Positions 1-11,052 of a DNA stretch of 64,000 bases are shown here, piece by piece. The stretch's first letter is position 1, and each line of letters opens with the position of its first letter. Origin of the DNA: Gammaproteobacteria bacterium (lineage in GTDB: Bacteria > Pseudomonadota > Gammaproteobacteria > Chromatiales > Chromatiaceae); the NCBI GenBank assembly GCA_037385685.1, contig JARRMW010000016.1:166-64165 (forward strand), read 5' to 3'. The notes beneath the pieces were generated by a model. The model ran no database searches, was not told the origin of the DNA, and saw nothing but the letters and a program-made list of their open reading frames with translations. The position numbers and the translations under genes are program-made.

Positions 1-3000
1 CCATGAGTCTCGCCTTGGTCAGGGCACCCTGCCGTGCTTTTTCCTTCAGACTGTTGTCGAGATACACCAGCATGATGACACCGAACTCGGCCGCGACACC
101 GGCCAGTGCGATGAAGCCGACCCCGACAGCCACCGAGAGGTTGAAACCCAGCAGGAAGATGAGCCAGAAACCGCCAACGAGAGCAAACGGCAGGGAGGCC
201 ATGACGAGCAACGCCTCGCCGGTGCGGCGAAATGCCAGGTAAAGCAGAATGAAAATGATCACCAGCGTCAGGGGTACGACCTGGCTCAACCGCTCCTGTG
301 CACGCAACATGTACTCGTACTGACCTGACCAGGTGATGGAATAGCCCGGCGGCAGCTCGACATTCTCGCGCACCGTCTGCTGCGCATCGGTGATATAGGA
401 GCCGAGATCCACATCGCGGATATCGACAAACGTCCAGCCATTGAGGCGTGCATTCTCACTCTTGAGCATTGGCGCGCCGTCGACAATCTCGATGGAGGCC
501 ACCTGTCCAAGTGGCACCTGGGCACCCGAGGATGTCACGAGCGGCAACTCGCGTAACTTCTCGAGATCATCGCGCTGCTCACGCGGGAAACGCAGGTTGA
601 CCGGGTAGCGCTCCAGCCCCTCGACCGTTTGCGTGATGTTGATGCCGCCGATTGCCGCCGCAACCATCTGGTTGATGTCAGCGATGTTCAGACCGTAACG
701 CGCGGCGGCGAGCCTGTCGGGGCGAATATCGATGTATCGTCCGCCCGCGACTCGCTCCGAGTAGGCGGAGACCGTACCGGGAACATCGGAAACGACCCGC
801 TCAATCTCGCGACCGATCTGCTCGATGACCTTCAGATCCGGTCCGGCGACCTTGATACCGACGGGAGTCTTGATGCCTGTCGCCAGCATGTCGATGCGTG
901 TCTTGATCGGCATGACCCACGCATTGGTGACACCGGGAAAATTGACCGCGGCATCCAGTTCCTGGATGAGCTTCCGTGTTGTCATCCCTTCGCGCCACTG
1001 GTCGCGCGGCTTGAGCTGGATGAGCGTCTCGATCATCGTCAGTGGCGCAGGATCGGTTGCTGTGTCGGCACGACCGATCTTGCCAAAGACCTGCTTGACC
1101 TCGGGTAGCGTCTTGATGAGACGATCTGTCTGCTGCAGCAACTCCTGGGCCTTGCCGATCGAAAGCCCCGGCAACGTGGTCGGCATGTACATCAGGTCTC
1201 CCTCGTCGAGTTCCGGCATGAACTCGGAACCCAGCCCTGTCGCAAAGCGAGCCAGCCAGGGGGTTTCACGGAAGCGTTGCTTCCACTCTTTTGCCATCTC
1301 TTGCTGTGCCGATTCGATGTTTGAGACGATCCGGCGCGCGCTGCTCTCATCCGGCGCATCCGTGATCGCCACGTAAGCCGAGAAAGGCCATTTCAGCGGC
1401 TCGAGAAACCCCGGAATCCCGCTCAACGGAATCACGAGACTCACCATGAGCAGTAATGAAACCAGGATGGTCAATCGAGGACGTTTCATAACAGCCGACA
1501 GCATCGGGCGGTAGAGCCAGATCAGCAGGCGATTGAGCGGGTTGGTGCGCTCATCCGGGATGCGTCCACGGATGAAGTAACCCATGAGCACGGGAACCAG
1601 GGTGACAGCGAGACCGGCCGAGGCAGCCATGGCATAGGTCTTGGTATAGGCCAGCGGTGAGAAGAGGCGCCCCTCCTGCGCCTCGAGCGTGAAGACCGGC
1701 AAAAAGCTCAGCGTGATAATCAGCAGCGAAAAGAAGAGCGCGGGACCCACCTCGATCGCCGCCGTGGTCACGGTTTGCCAGTGCTCGCGACCCCGTGGCA
1801 TCTGGCCGTGGGCATGCCTGTAACGCTCCAGGTGTTTGTGCGCATTCTCGATCATTACGATGGCCGCATCGACCATGGCGCCGATGGCGATTGCGATGCC
1901 ACCGAGGGACATGATGTTCGCATTGATGCCCTGCTGCTGCATGATGATGAAGGATGCCAGCACGCCCAGCGGCAGCGTGACGATGGCAACAAACGCCGAG
2001 CGCAGGTGAAACAGGAACAGCAGACACACCAGCGCCACCACGATGAACTCCTCGATGAGCTTCTCCGTGAGATTATCGACAGCACGGTGGATCAGGGCCG
2101 AGCGGTCATAGGTCTCGATGATCTCGACTCCTTCGGGGAGTCCCTGCTTGAGTTCCTCGATGCGCTGCTTGACCGCATCGATGGTCGTCAGGGCGTTCTC
2201 GCCATAACGCATGACGACGATGCCACCCGTGATTTCGCCCTGGCCATCGAGATCCGCCACAACGCGCCGCATCTCCGGACCAATCTGCAGGGTTGCGATG
2301 TCCTCGAGCAAGACGGGTGTTCCGCCCCCGGTCGTTGCCACCGGGATCGCCCCCAGATCCTCGAGAGACTGCAGATAGCCGCGCGTGCGAATCATGTATT
2401 CCGCTTCAGCCAGCTCGATGACAGAGCCACCGACTTCCTGGTTGGCATTGCGGATTGCCATGCTGATGGTGTTCAGGGGAATGCCGTAGGCGCGCAGCTT
2501 TTCAGGATCCACGACGACCTGGTACTGGCGCACCATGCCGCCGACCGTGGCTACCTCGGCAACCCCCGGCACGGTCTGCAGTTCGTATTTCAGGAACCAG
2601 TTCTGCAGGGATGTCAGCTGCGCCAGGTCATGCTTGCCCGTGCGGTCGACCAGTGCATAGCTGTAGATCCAGCCCACACCCGTGGCATCCGGTCCGAGGC
2701 GTGGCTGAACACTTGCCGGCAAATCGGACGCGGCCTGGTTGAGATACTCGAGTACGCGAGCACGCGCCCAGTAGATATCGGTACCGTCCTCGAACAGGAC
2801 GTAGACATAGGAGTCGCCGAAAAAGGAGTAACCCCGAACAACCTCTGCGCCCGGTACCGACAGCATGGTCGTGGTGATCGGGTAGGTCACCTGCTCCTCG
2901 ACAACGCGCGGCGATTGCCCGGGATAGCTGGTCTTGATGATGACCTGCACATCAGATAGGTCCGGTATCGCATCGAGCGGCGTCTCTTTCAGGGCTTGCC

Positions 3001-3082
3001 ATCCCCAGGCGGTGATCAGCAGGCTGGCGACCAGAACGAGAAAACGGTTCTGCACGGACCAGCGAATAATGCCTTTTAGCAT
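1..3082 (-). CDS. cusA: CusA/CzcA-family heavy-metal (Cu/Ag) efflux RND permease; C-terminus runs off the window start
   Basis: Absent from the ORF track because there is no stop in the window. My translation from ATG 3080-3082 gives [27 protein letters not shown]. The window-start end reads ...[28 protein letters not shown]...[19 protein letters not shown]. Both are collinear with E. coli CusA as I recall it. The start lies 1 nt after the cusB stop. Confidence 0.85.
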   Translation of the reverse strand, partial: MLKGIIRWSVQNRFLVLVASLLITAWGWQALKETPLDAIPDLSDVQVIIKTSYPGQSPRVVEEQVTYPITTTMLSVPGAEVVRGYSFFGDSYVYVLFEDGTDIYWARARVLEYLNQAASDLPASVQPRLGPDATGVGWIYSYALVDRTGKHDLAQLTSLQNWFLKYELQTVPGVAEVATVGGMVRQYQVVVDPEKLRAYGIPLNTISMAIRNANQEVGGSVIELAEAEYMIRTRGYLQSLEDLGAIPVATTGGGTPVLLEDIATLQIGPEMRRVVADLDGQGEITGGIVVMRYGENALTTIDAVKQRIEELKQGLPEGVEIIETYDRSALIHRAVDNLTEKLIEEFIVVALVCLLFLFHLRSAFVAIVTLPLGVLASFIIMQQQGINANIMSLGGIAIAIGAMVDAAIVMIENAHKHLERYRHAHGQMPRGREHWQTVTTAAIEVGPALFFSLLIITLSFLPVFTLEAQEGRLFSPLAYTKTYAMAASAGLAVTLVPVLMGYFIRGRIPDERTNPLNRLLIWLYRPMLSAVMKRPRLTILVSLLLMVSLVIPLSGIPGFLEPLKWPFSAYVAITDAPDESSARRIVSNIESAQQEMAKEWKQRFRETPWLARFATGLGSEFMPELDEGDLMYMPTTLPGLSIGKAQELLQQTDRLIKTLPEVKQVFGKIGRADTATDPAPLTMIETLIQLKPRDQWREGMTTRKLIQELDAAVNFPGVTNAWVMPIKTRIDMLATGIKTPVGIKVAGPDLKVIEQIGREIERVVSDVPGTVSAYSERVAGGRYIDIRPDRLAAARYGLNIADINQMVAAAIGGINITQTVEGLERYPVNLRFPREQRDDLEKLRELPLVTSSGAQVPLGQVASIEIVDGAPMLKSENARLNGWTFVDIRDVDLGSYITDAQQTVRENVELPPGYSITWSGQYEYMLRAQERLSQVVPLTLVIIFILLYLAFRRTGEALLVMASLPFALVGGFWLIFLLGFNLSVAVGVGFIALAGVAAEFGVIMLVYLDNSLKEKARQGALTKARLM

Positions 3083-3083
3083 C

Positions 3084-4301
3084 CTACTCTCCGCTCATGC
3101 GCTGGAAACTGGCTTGCAGGCTCGACTCCGAGTCGATCAGGAACTGTCCCGAGGTGACGATTTCGTCGCCCTCATTCAGCCCGCTGAGGATCTCGACCTT
3201 GCCATTGCTGCGCGCACCGACCACAACGTCCACCGGCTGGAAGCGGCCGTCACCAAGTGAGGTGACGACCGTGTCACGCTCACCGGTCCGTATCAATGCT
3301 TCTGCAGGAATCAGCAGCGTGTCACGCTGCGGGCCACCGTAGATCTTGACCTCGGCGAACATGTTGGGCTTCAGGGTCATGTCGGGGTTCGGAAACTCGA
3401 GCCGTATGCGCAGGGTCCGGCTTTTCATATCGAGCTCCGGATAGATGTAGTCGACCTTCCCTTCCCAGGACTTCCCCGGCCAGGCAGGCACGCTGATTTC
3501 GGCGATCAGCCCCTCACTGAGCCATCCGATCTGGTGCTCATAGACATCGACCATGACCCAGACACTGGAGAGATCTGCGATCGTCATCATCTCCGTCTCC
3601 GGCTTCAGGTACATGCCTTCACGTGCACCGAGCATGGTCACGATGCCCTCACCGGGCGCATAGACCGGCAGGGCATTCCGCGTTTCCCTGCTCTTCTCGA
3701 GCTGGCGAATGGTGGCATCATCGATACCCAGTATGCGAAGCCGGTTGCGGGCTTTCCGGACACGGCTGCTGTCTGACTGCTCCATTGCGATGAAGAAATC
3801 GACCTGAGCCGACAATATCTCGGGAGAGTAGAAGGTACCCAGCTTGTCTCCCTTGCTGACCCGCTCGCCTTCGGAACGAATCATGAGCGACTCCATCCAT
3901 CCAGGCGCACGGGGATGCAGGTGAATAAGTTTCGTTTCATCGTAATCAACACGGCCGACCGTCTTGATGAAGCGCCACAGTGTGTCCTTGCGGACAGCCT
4001 CGGTCCGCAACCCCATGCTCTGGATAATCTCCCCCTTCACGGAAACTGCGGGATGTTTGCCCGTGTTCGGGTCGATCATCTTTGGCACCAGATCCATGCC
4101 GCAGATCGGACAGCTGCCTTCCTCATCCTTGATGATCTGCGGATGCATCGGACAGACATACTTTGGATCCATGTGTTTCTTTGCGTGCTCCGAAACGCTG
4201 TCGTCACTGGCCTCAGCCAGGGATTCACTCGGCTTGTCCGGCTCGTCGAAGCAACCGGAAAGAAACAGGAAAGCAACAGTCAAGAAGAGGTAACGGCTCA
4301 T
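3084..4301 (-). CDS. cusB: Efflux RND periplasmic adaptor (CusB-like) with N-terminal Cys-rich metal-binding segment; lipoprotein
   Basis: 405 aa. Lipobox LFLSGC. Motif [24 protein letters not shown] is typical of CusB-type adaptors. AAGGGA RBS upstream. Tightly coupled to cusA. Confidence 0.85.
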   Translation of the reverse strand: MSRYLFLTVAFLFLSGCFDEPDKPSESLAEASDDSVSEHAKKHMDPKYVCPMHPQIIKDEEGSCPICGMDLVPKMIDPNTGKHPAVSVKGEIIQSMGLRTEAVRKDTLWRFIKTVGRVDYDETKLIHLHPRAPGWMESLMIRSEGERVSKGDKLGTFYSPEILSAQVDFFIAMEQSDSSRVRKARNRLRILGIDDATIRQLEKSRETRNALPVYAPGEGIVTMLGAREGMYLKPETEMMTIADLSSVWVMVDVYEHQIGWLSEGLIAEISVPAWPGKSWEGKVDYIYPELDMKSRTLRIRLEFPNPDMTLKPNMFAEVKIYGGPQRDTLLIPAEALIRTGERDTVVTSLGDGRFQPVDVVVGARSNGKVEILSGLNEGDEIVTSGQFLIDSESSLQASFQRMSGE

Positions 4302-4378
4302 AACTCACATCCCTTGCAGCCAGACAAGAGGCTGCTTGAATAAAACAACAAAGAAGACAGCGTCAGCAGTTGCTGACG

Positions 4379-4738
4379 TCAGGTGGATGTGATGCTACTG
4401 GGCGGCCGCTGCAGCTGGCCCGGGCTGAAGTTGTAGAAATGATCGACGGGGAGAGGCGTGTAGGCAGTGTTGCCTTCGAACGCGGAAAACAGCTCGCTCG
4501 CCAGCAATGCCGAGCCCGAGAGCATAAGGCAGAGCTGGCACTTGTGACACTCGTCGGCAACAACGAGGGTATCGTCGGCCAATTCCGCAGTCATGTGACA
4601 TGGATGGGATGCGGATTGAAGCACAGCCGTATCGCCGGCATGCAGGCATGGCAACAGCACCGAAGCCAGTGACTGCAACGGCAGACAGAGCATGGCAAAG
4701 AGGGCGATGCCCCGGGCTGTTTTTCTGCACATGTCCAT
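4379..4738 (-). CDS. Small secreted Cys/His-rich protein, DUF2946-like (tentative), first gene of the cusBA operon
   Basis: Internal start MDMCRKTARGIALFAMLCLPLQSLASV gives a signal-like N-terminus. It carries HPCH and ECHKCQLC motifs and a Pro-rich tail. Same strand as cusB and 77 nt upstream of it. Family assignment is from memory only. Confidence 0.45.
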   Translation of the reverse strand: MDMCRKTARGIALFAMLCLPLQSLASVLLPCLHAGDTAVLQSASHPCHMTAELADDTLVVADECHKCQLCLMLSGSALLASELFSAFEGNTAYTPLPVDHFYNFSPGQLQRPPSSITST

Positions 4739-4838
4739 GATGACCCGATTATAGACAGAAAACTGACAGAAAGAGCCAAGCCCGGAGAAAATCAGGGTAA
4801 TATGCGACGAACAGGCATGCGGCAACAATCCCGATCCC

Positions 4839-5303
4839 ATGACAGGCAAAGACGATCACATGTTTACCATCGGCTGGCGAGAATGGGTCGCACTACCGGA
4901 TATTGGCTTGCCCGCCATCAAGGCCAAGATCGACACAGGCGCCAAGACCTCCGCACTGCATGCTTTCATGGTGGAGCGCATCAAACGCAACAGGCGTGAT
5001 CACGTCCGTTTCCTGATGCATCCGCTGCAGCTGCGCGACACACCTGTCGTCGAATGCGAGGCACCACTCGTGGATATCCGACAGGTCAGCGATTCGGGTG
5101 GCCACAGGGAGCAACGCTTCGTCATTGAGACGCGCCTGGTGCTGGGCGAGTTGGAGTGGCCCGTCGAACTGACACTCACCAACAGGGACAGTATGCGTTT
5201 CCGCATGCTGCTTGGCAGGCGCGCCATGGAAAAACGCCTGCTCGTGGATCCGGCTGCATCCTACCTGGCCGGCAAACTCAATCCGAAAAAATGTTATCGT
5301 TAG
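4839..5303 (+). CDS. ATP-dependent zinc protease / retropepsin-like family protein (RimB-like)
   Basis: [31 protein letters not shown] motif. Located just upstream of rimK, as in known rimK clusters. Alternative start at 4860. Confidence 0.7.
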   Translation: MTGKDDHMFTIGWREWVALPDIGLPAIKAKIDTGAKTSALHAFMVERIKRNRRDHVRFLMHPLQLRDTPVVECEAPLVDIRQVSDSGGHREQRFVIETRLVLGELEWPVELTLTNRDSMRFRMLLGRRAMEKRLLVDPAASYLAGKLNPKKCYR

Positions 5304-5354
5304 ACGTCAAGGCAACAGCGCCGTTGCATCAAAAAACCTGAACAATATATCCCG

Positions 5355-6260
5355 ATGAAAATCTGCATACTCTCCCGCAACAGGAACCTCTACTCGACCC
5401 GCCGCCTTATCGAAGCAGCCCGCGAACAGGGACACGACGTCCGTGTCATTGACGTCCTGCGTTGCTATATGAATATCGTCTCGAATAACCCGACCATCCA
5501 TTACAGAGGCGAAACACTCGAGAATTTCGATGCGGTGATTCCGCGCATCGGCGCGTCCGTGACCTTCTACGGCTCGGCAGTACTGCGACAGTTCGAGATG
5601 ATGGGCGTCTACCCGCTGAATGAATCTGTTGCCATCACCCGTTCACGCGACAAGCTGCGATCGATGCAGCTGCTCTCGCGCAAGGGACTCGGACTGCCTG
5701 TCACCGGGTTCGCCAACAAGCCGGACGACGTCAAGGATCTGATCAAGCTCGTCGGCGGTGCCCCGCTGGTCATCAAGCTCCTCGAGGGCACACAAGGAAT
5801 CGGCGTGGTACTGGCCGAAACCCAGAAAGCAGCCGAAAGCGTGATCGAGGGCTTCATGGGCGTCAAGGCCGATATCCTGATCCAGGAATACATCAAGGAG
5901 GCAAAAGGGGCCGATATCCGCTGTTTCGTCATCGGCGGCAAGGTCGTCGCTGCCATGAAACGGCAGGCAGCACCCGGTGAGTTTCGGTCCAATCTTCATC
6001 GCGGTGGTACTGCCGAACTGATCCGGATCACCCCGGAAGAACGCTCCACGGCCGTGCGCGCAGCGCGTACCATGGGACTCAATGTGGCAGGTGTCGACCT
6101 GTTGCGTTCAAATCACGGGCCGGTGATCATGGAGGTCAACTCCTCGCCCGGCCTTCAGGGCATCGAGGCTGCGACAGGCAAGGATGTTGCCGGCATGATC
6201 ATCAAGTTCATTTCTGAAAATGCAAAGCCGGGCAAGACCCGGACGCGCGGAAAGGGCTGA
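5355..6260 (+). CDS. rimK: Ribosomal protein S6--L-glutamate ligase RimK (ATP-grasp)
   Basis: 301 aa. [22 protein letters not shown]... and ...[12 protein letters not shown] are collinear with RimK. Confidence 0.9.
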   Translation: MKICILSRNRNLYSTRRLIEAAREQGHDVRVIDVLRCYMNIVSNNPTIHYRGETLENFDAVIPRIGASVTFYGSAVLRQFEMMGVYPLNESVAITRSRDKLRSMQLLSRKGLGLPVTGFANKPDDVKDLIKLVGGAPLVIKLLEGTQGIGVVLAETQKAAESVIEGFMGVKADILIQEYIKEAKGADIRCFVIGGKVVAAMKRQAAPGEFRSNLHRGGTAELIRITPEERSTAVRAARTMGLNVAGVDLLRSNHGPVIMEVNSSPGLQGIEAATGKDVAGMIIKFISENAKPGKTRTRGKG

Positions 6261-6276
6261 AACAGGAGCTGGCCGA

Positions 6277-7350
6277 ATGCCTGCGCGCAGACCTCGCAAC
6301 AAGGCGTTCGAACTCGGTGGTATCACGATCGAACCGGGCCAGCAACATTACATCGAACTGCCGCTACCAGCGCTCTACACGCATTCCAATGTTTTCATGC
6401 CGGTCCATGTCGCTGTCGGCAAGGAAGCAGGCCCCGTCATGTTCATCAGCGCAGCAGTGCATGGTGACGAAATCAATGGCGTTGAAATCATCCGCAGGGT
6501 CATCAACACAAAAGCGATGAGGCGCCTGAGGGGAACGCTGGTCAGCGTACCGGTCGTCAATGTCTACGGGTTCATCAGCAAGTCACGCTACCTGCCCGAC
6601 CGGCGTGACCTCAACCGCTCCTTCCCCGGTTCCGAGCAAGGCTCGATGGCCGCCAAACTTGCTCACCTGTTCCTGCAGGAGATCACCCGGAAATGTGACT
6701 ATGGGGTTGACCTCCATACCGCTGCGATCGGGCGCGAGAACCTTCCGCAGATTCGCGCACGCATCCAGGGTGACGAGGAACTGGCCGGACTTGCATCGGC
6801 CTTCGGCGCCCCGGTGATCATCGATGCAGGATTTCGGGAAGGCTCTCTACGCCAGTCCGCGGCAAGAGAGAAATGCAACATCCTGCTCTACGAGGCTGGT
6901 GAAGCCCTGCGCTTTGATGAATTCTGTATTCGTGGCGGCGTCAAGGGCATTATCAACGTCATGCGTCACATCGGGATGCTGCCGGCCTCGCGTCGTCGCA
7001 AGCAGACCATCGAACCGGCTGTCGCGCATTCCAGCCGCTGGGTGCGCGCACCGCGCAGCGGCATTCTGAGAACCACCTGCCCGATGGGTAAACGTATTCA
7101 CAAGAACGACGTGCTCGGCTATGTCTCCGATCCCTTCGGCACCTCTGAAGTCGCTGTTCGCGCACCGGTCAATGGCATGATCATCGGCAAGACGACCCTG
7201 CCACTTGTTCACGAAGGCGAGGCTATCTTTCATATTGCACGATTTGAGGCGCTTGGAGACGCTGAAGCCGTGCTGGAAACATTCCAGAACGAGATCGACC
7301 CGATCGATACCGGTGAACCGAGACCGGAAGACGAACCCATCATTTTCTGA
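6277..7350 (+). CDS. Succinylglutamate desuccinylase/aspartoacylase (AstE/AspA, M14-like) family deacylase
   Basis: AAVHGDEINGVEIIRRV Zn-ligand motif. Start chosen at ATG 6277 with an AGGAG RBS, 17 nt after the rimK stop. The track start at 6220 overlaps rimK. Confidence 0.75.
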   Translation: MPARRPRNKAFELGGITIEPGQQHYIELPLPALYTHSNVFMPVHVAVGKEAGPVMFISAAVHGDEINGVEIIRRVINTKAMRRLRGTLVSVPVVNVYGFISKSRYLPDRRDLNRSFPGSEQGSMAAKLAHLFLQEITRKCDYGVDLHTAAIGRENLPQIRARIQGDEELAGLASAFGAPVIIDAGFREGSLRQSAAREKCNILLYEAGEALRFDEFCIRGGVKGIINVMRHIGMLPASRRRKQTIEPAVAHSSRWVRAPRSGILRTTCPMGKRIHKNDVLGYVSDPFGTSEVAVRAPVNGMIIGKTTLPLVHEGEAIFHIARFEALGDAEAVLETFQNEIDPIDTGEPRPEDEPIIF

Positions 7351-7516
7351 GTCCCTGCGGGCACCAGAGAAAGATTCCAGCCGGCCAATGCCACCATTCA
7401 TACAATCCTGCAGAAGCTGTCCTGAAACACCATGGCCGGTTTACCCGCGGGGACTGAAGCAGCGACATATGACAATGTATAGATCTTTGTCTATTAGTAT
7501 ATAACCTAATATTGAT

Positions 7517-9709
7517 TTGCCATACGACCCCAATCCGGGAACACTGAGTGGTTGTGTTTTTACAAGGGAGATAGTCGTGCACGCAGTACTCTACCGGCTT
7601 TTGCCGTTTTTACGCTGGTTCCCCCTGACGCGCTTGGGCCTGAAAGCCGATCTTGTCGCGGGAATCACCGTGGCACTGGTCCTGGTGCCCCAGAGTATGG
7701 CCTATGCCCAGCTGGCCGGCTTGCCCGTCGTGTACGGTCTCTATTCCTCATTCATCCCGGTCATCATCGCCTCGCTCTGGGGCTCCTCCAGCCAGCTCCA
7801 TACCGGTCCGGTGGCGATGTTGTCACTGATGTCCGCGGCTGCACTGATACCGCTTGCAAATCCGGGGTCGACGAGTTTTATCGAGCTTTCCATCATGCTT
7901 GCCCTGATGGTTGGTGTCCTGCGACTCCTTCTAGGACTTCTGAGCCTAGGCGCAATCGTGAACATGCTGTCCAGTCCTGTGATTGTCGGCTTTACCAATG
8001 CTGCAGCACTGATCATCGGCCTGTCACAGCTCAGCAAGGTGCTGGGCGTCCCCTTCCCGAGAACGGAGTCCTACCTTGCTGATCTCTGGCGTGTCGTTCG
8101 CCAGATACCGGACACCCACATTCCGACACTGCTGTTTGCGGTTGGTACCTGGGTGCTGATTGCCGGAGTACGCAAGTACCGTCCGGGCCTGCCAGGTGTT
8201 CTTTTTGCGGTGATTCTCGCCACACTGGCCAGTGGATTCCTGAGTTTTGAAAACAAGATCACTGTGAAGAGCATCCAGATCGCCGATCCGGTCCTGCTCT
8301 CGAAGATGATAAAGCTCGACAGTGCACAGAAGCGCATGGAAGAGATCACGACCGAGCTTGCCAGTCTCAATCGACGTGCAGACGAAATGGCACGTGACGC
8401 CGGCCTGGATGCAGTCGCGGGGGCTGCGGAGGTGCGTTCCGAAATTCCTGCGCTGGAATTCGAACAGGCGGAGAAAAAGCGCGAGATGATCCAGCTGCGT
8501 CTCGACCTGCATCATCTCAAGTTACAGGCAGTGGAGGTACCTGGCTCCGGGCTGCTCTTTTTTGCAGAGGACAATCCCGAGGTAGCCCAGGCAGAGGATC
8601 GCAAGCTCTGGCGATTTCAGGGTGTACGCAATGGAGAGGTGACCCTGTCTGCCGGCGGTGATGTCGTCGGCGTGATACCGGCAGGCCTGCCAAGCTTCGA
8701 GACACCGGTCATACAGTGGGACCTGGTACTGGCCCTGCTGCCGGCAGCCCTGGTCATGGCCCTGATCGGATTTATGGAAGCAACATCGATCTCCAAGGCA
8801 ATCGCTACCGACACCGGCGAGCGTGTCAGCGCCAACAAGGAACTGATCGGCCAGGGACTCGCGAATATTGCCGGCAGTTTCTTCAGCGCTTACACCGTCA
8901 GCGGATCCTTCTCGCGATCGGCGGTGGCGGCGCGAGCCGGTGCCAAAACGGGCCTGTTCGCGATCATCAGCGCACTTGCCGTGGTCCTGGTCCTGCTGTT
9001 TTTCACGAAGTATCTCTATGACCTGCCTCAGGCAGTGCTCGCGGTGATTGTCATGATGGCGGTTTTCAGCCTGATCCGCATCAAACCTCTCGTCCAGGCC
9101 TGGAAGGTTGACAAGGTTGGCGCATTGACCGGCGTGATCACTTTTGTTGCCACGCTTGTCATGGCACCCGCGATCGCCAATGGTATCCTGATCGGTGTCG
9201 GCCTGACGATTCTCTATTGCCTCGTCCGCACCATGAAACCGCGCGCCGACATCGTTTCCAGGAAACCGGATGGCACGCTCGGTGGTATCCGGGCGAACAA
9301 TCTCGAGCCAATCAGCGAGCAGTTCGTGCCCGTGCGCTTTGACGGCTCACTGACTTTCGTGAATGTCGCCTATTTCGAGGACATCATCCTCGAAGCACTG
9401 TCGGATTTCCCCAAGGCGAAGGCGATCCTCGTTGTCGGCAGTGCAATCAACGAAATCGACGCCTCCGGTGAAGAGAAGGTTCGCGAGGTTGCCGAACGCC
9501 TGCAGCAGCGTGGCGTGAAGCTGATGTTCAGCGGCCTCAAGCACCAGGTGCGGCGTCTTCTGGAACGTGCCGGGGTGGTCGACCTACTGGGGCGCGATGC
9601 ATTTTTCACGGACAAGGAAACTGCATTGCGTACGCTATGCGCAACCTACGGCGAATGCGCGGAAGGCAGTACCAGGCAGCCCCGACTGACCGAACAACCG
9701 GCCTCATAA
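7517..9709 (+). CDS. SulP-family inorganic anion transporter with C-terminal STAS domain and an unusual ~140 aa internal insertion
   Basis: LKADLVAGITVALVLVPQSMAYAQLAGLP SulP signature. STAS-like tail VRFDGSLTFVNVAYFED. The likely true start is GTG 7577, preceded by GGGAG; the track start is TTG 7517. Confidence 0.85.
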   Translation: MPYDPNPGTLSGCVFTREIVVHAVLYRLLPFLRWFPLTRLGLKADLVAGITVALVLVPQSMAYAQLAGLPVVYGLYSSFIPVIIASLWGSSSQLHTGPVAMLSLMSAAALIPLANPGSTSFIELSIMLALMVGVLRLLLGLLSLGAIVNMLSSPVIVGFTNAAALIIGLSQLSKVLGVPFPRTESYLADLWRVVRQIPDTHIPTLLFAVGTWVLIAGVRKYRPGLPGVLFAVILATLASGFLSFENKITVKSIQIADPVLLSKMIKLDSAQKRMEEITTELASLNRRADEMARDAGLDAVAGAAEVRSEIPALEFEQAEKKREMIQLRLDLHHLKLQAVEVPGSGLLFFAEDNPEVAQAEDRKLWRFQGVRNGEVTLSAGGDVVGVIPAGLPSFETPVIQWDLVLALLPAALVMALIGFMEATSISKAIATDTGERVSANKELIGQGLANIAGSFFSAYTVSGSFSRSAVAARAGAKTGLFAIISALAVVLVLLFFTKYLYDLPQAVLAVIVMMAVFSLIRIKPLVQAWKVDKVGALTGVITFVATLVMAPAIANGILIGVGLTILYCLVRTMKPRADIVSRKPDGTLGGIRANNLEPISEQFVPVRFDGSLTFVNVAYFEDIILEALSDFPKAKAILVVGSAINEIDASGEEKVREVAERLQQRGVKLMFSGLKHQVRRLLERAGVVDLLGRDAFFTDKETALRTLCATYGECAEGSTRQPRLTEQPAS

Positions 9710-9855
9710 CCGGACGAGTCCGGCGCCGGCGGCAACGCCATGTCCAGGCATTGGCATCGAGGCCGCATGATTAACCGGCGCCCCCGGAAAGGGCAGGGAT
9801 AGCCCTATCGATGCTATAGTTGGACACAAAACCAGGAAATGAAATCCGGAACATT

Positions 9856-10131
9856 ATGAAACCCCTGATCTACCTGCTGGCCTGCGCTATCCCGGCCATC
9901 CTGATCGGTTCATGCGCATCCATCCCACCCGGAGATACCTACGCATCAGAAGGCGAGCGCCTCTATGCTGAAAACTGCTCGCGCTGTCATCACCAGGCTG
10001 AGCAGTTCTCCTCGGAGGACAACGAAACCCTGAAGAAAACGATCACAAAGGGGGCGCACAAGATGCCTGCCTTCCCCGACATCACGCCTGAAGAGCAACA
10101 GGAGATCATCACCTACATCCGCAATCTCTGA
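9856..10131 (+). CDS. Small monoheme c-type cytochrome, probable lipoprotein
   Basis: MKPLIYLLACAIPAILIGSCAS signal/lipobox. One CSRCH heme-binding motif. Confidence 0.7.
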   Translation: MKPLIYLLACAIPAILIGSCASIPPGDTYASEGERLYAENCSRCHHQAEQFSSEDNETLKKTITKGAHKMPAFPDITPEEQQEIITYIRNL

Positions 10132-10183
10132 TGCAGGCGTTACCATCCACAGTCAGCGCCGCCCCGGCTGAAGCGGGAAAGGC

Positions 10184-10846
10184 TTAGGAGTCCTTTTTGC
10201 GATCGCGCCCGATGGCGTCGATCGACACCCCTGGCGGCTGCCTCATGAACCCGGGCATGTCGGGCTTCTGTGTTTCGAACAGCTTGTACCCGTTGAGCAT
10301 GGCGGAGACATCACCCCGCTTCCCCTTGATATCCTGCAGCACCACCGTGATGACATGCACCATGGTGATTCCGGCAATAATCGCAGCAAAGGAACGATGG
10401 ACTGACGGCAGATAGATACCCGCTACCAATGGATGTTCCTGCATGAAGATACCGGTCAGCGCCATCACGACAAGAAAGAGATAAAGCAAGGCGTAGACAG
10501 GAACCCATAGCGGATTATGGGCATACCAGTTCGGCAGCGGCATCTTGCCGAATGTGAGATAGAACATCAGCATCTGCTTCATCGCCGGCAGGTTTGCCCT
10601 GGCCGGCACCAGCGCCTCCCAGCCACCGACGCTCCTGTCGGAGAACAGCAGCCAGATGCGCAACGCCAGCCCCGCCATGAGAACAGATGCGGCGTAACCG
10701 TGCAGATCTGCGGCGCCATCCGCGACACTCGGCGCGCTTCCGACGAGCCAGCCTGTCGCTATCAGTGTCAGGACGGACAGTGCGATTGACCAGTGGGCCA
10801 ATCGCATCCACTGCGACCAGACAGAAACCCTTTGAAAGTCGTTCAT
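10184..10846 (-). CDS. Cytochrome b561 / Ni-Fe-hydrogenase-type b cytochrome family membrane protein
   Basis: Four TM segments with conserved His (RLAHWSIA, LHGYAASV, AHNPLW, MVHVITV). Start taken at MNDFQRVSVW; the longer track ORF is an extension. Confidence 0.7.
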   Translation of the reverse strand: MNDFQRVSVWSQWMRLAHWSIALSVLTLIATGWLVGSAPSVADGAADLHGYAASVLMAGLALRIWLLFSDRSVGGWEALVPARANLPAMKQMLMFYLTFGKMPLPNWYAHNPLWVPVYALLYLFLVVMALTGIFMQEHPLVAGIYLPSVHRSFAAIIAGITMVHVITVVLQDIKGKRGDVSAMLNGYKLFETQKPDMPGFMRQPPGVSIDAIGRDRKKDS

Positions 10847-11052
10847 TGCATCACCAATGCAGCCGGATTCCGGATGATTATCCGGCAAGGGAATAGATGT
10901 GAGAAGCCCGGTGAGAAGAACCGGATGTGCTTCGTGGGTAATCCCCTGCAGCCAATGGCATGCACCTGGAGCCCGGCAAGACAATTTCAGGCCACGCACA
11001 CTGTGGCCCCTCGTTGATGTCTGCCATTACCGGTATGAGGTAACTGGCCATG

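Noticed and set aside
1775-2959. 394-aa plus-strand ORF
   Set aside because: Lies entirely antisense to the cusA reading frame, which has clear homology. Its Asp/Arg/His-rich composition is typical of antisense frames in high-GC genes.
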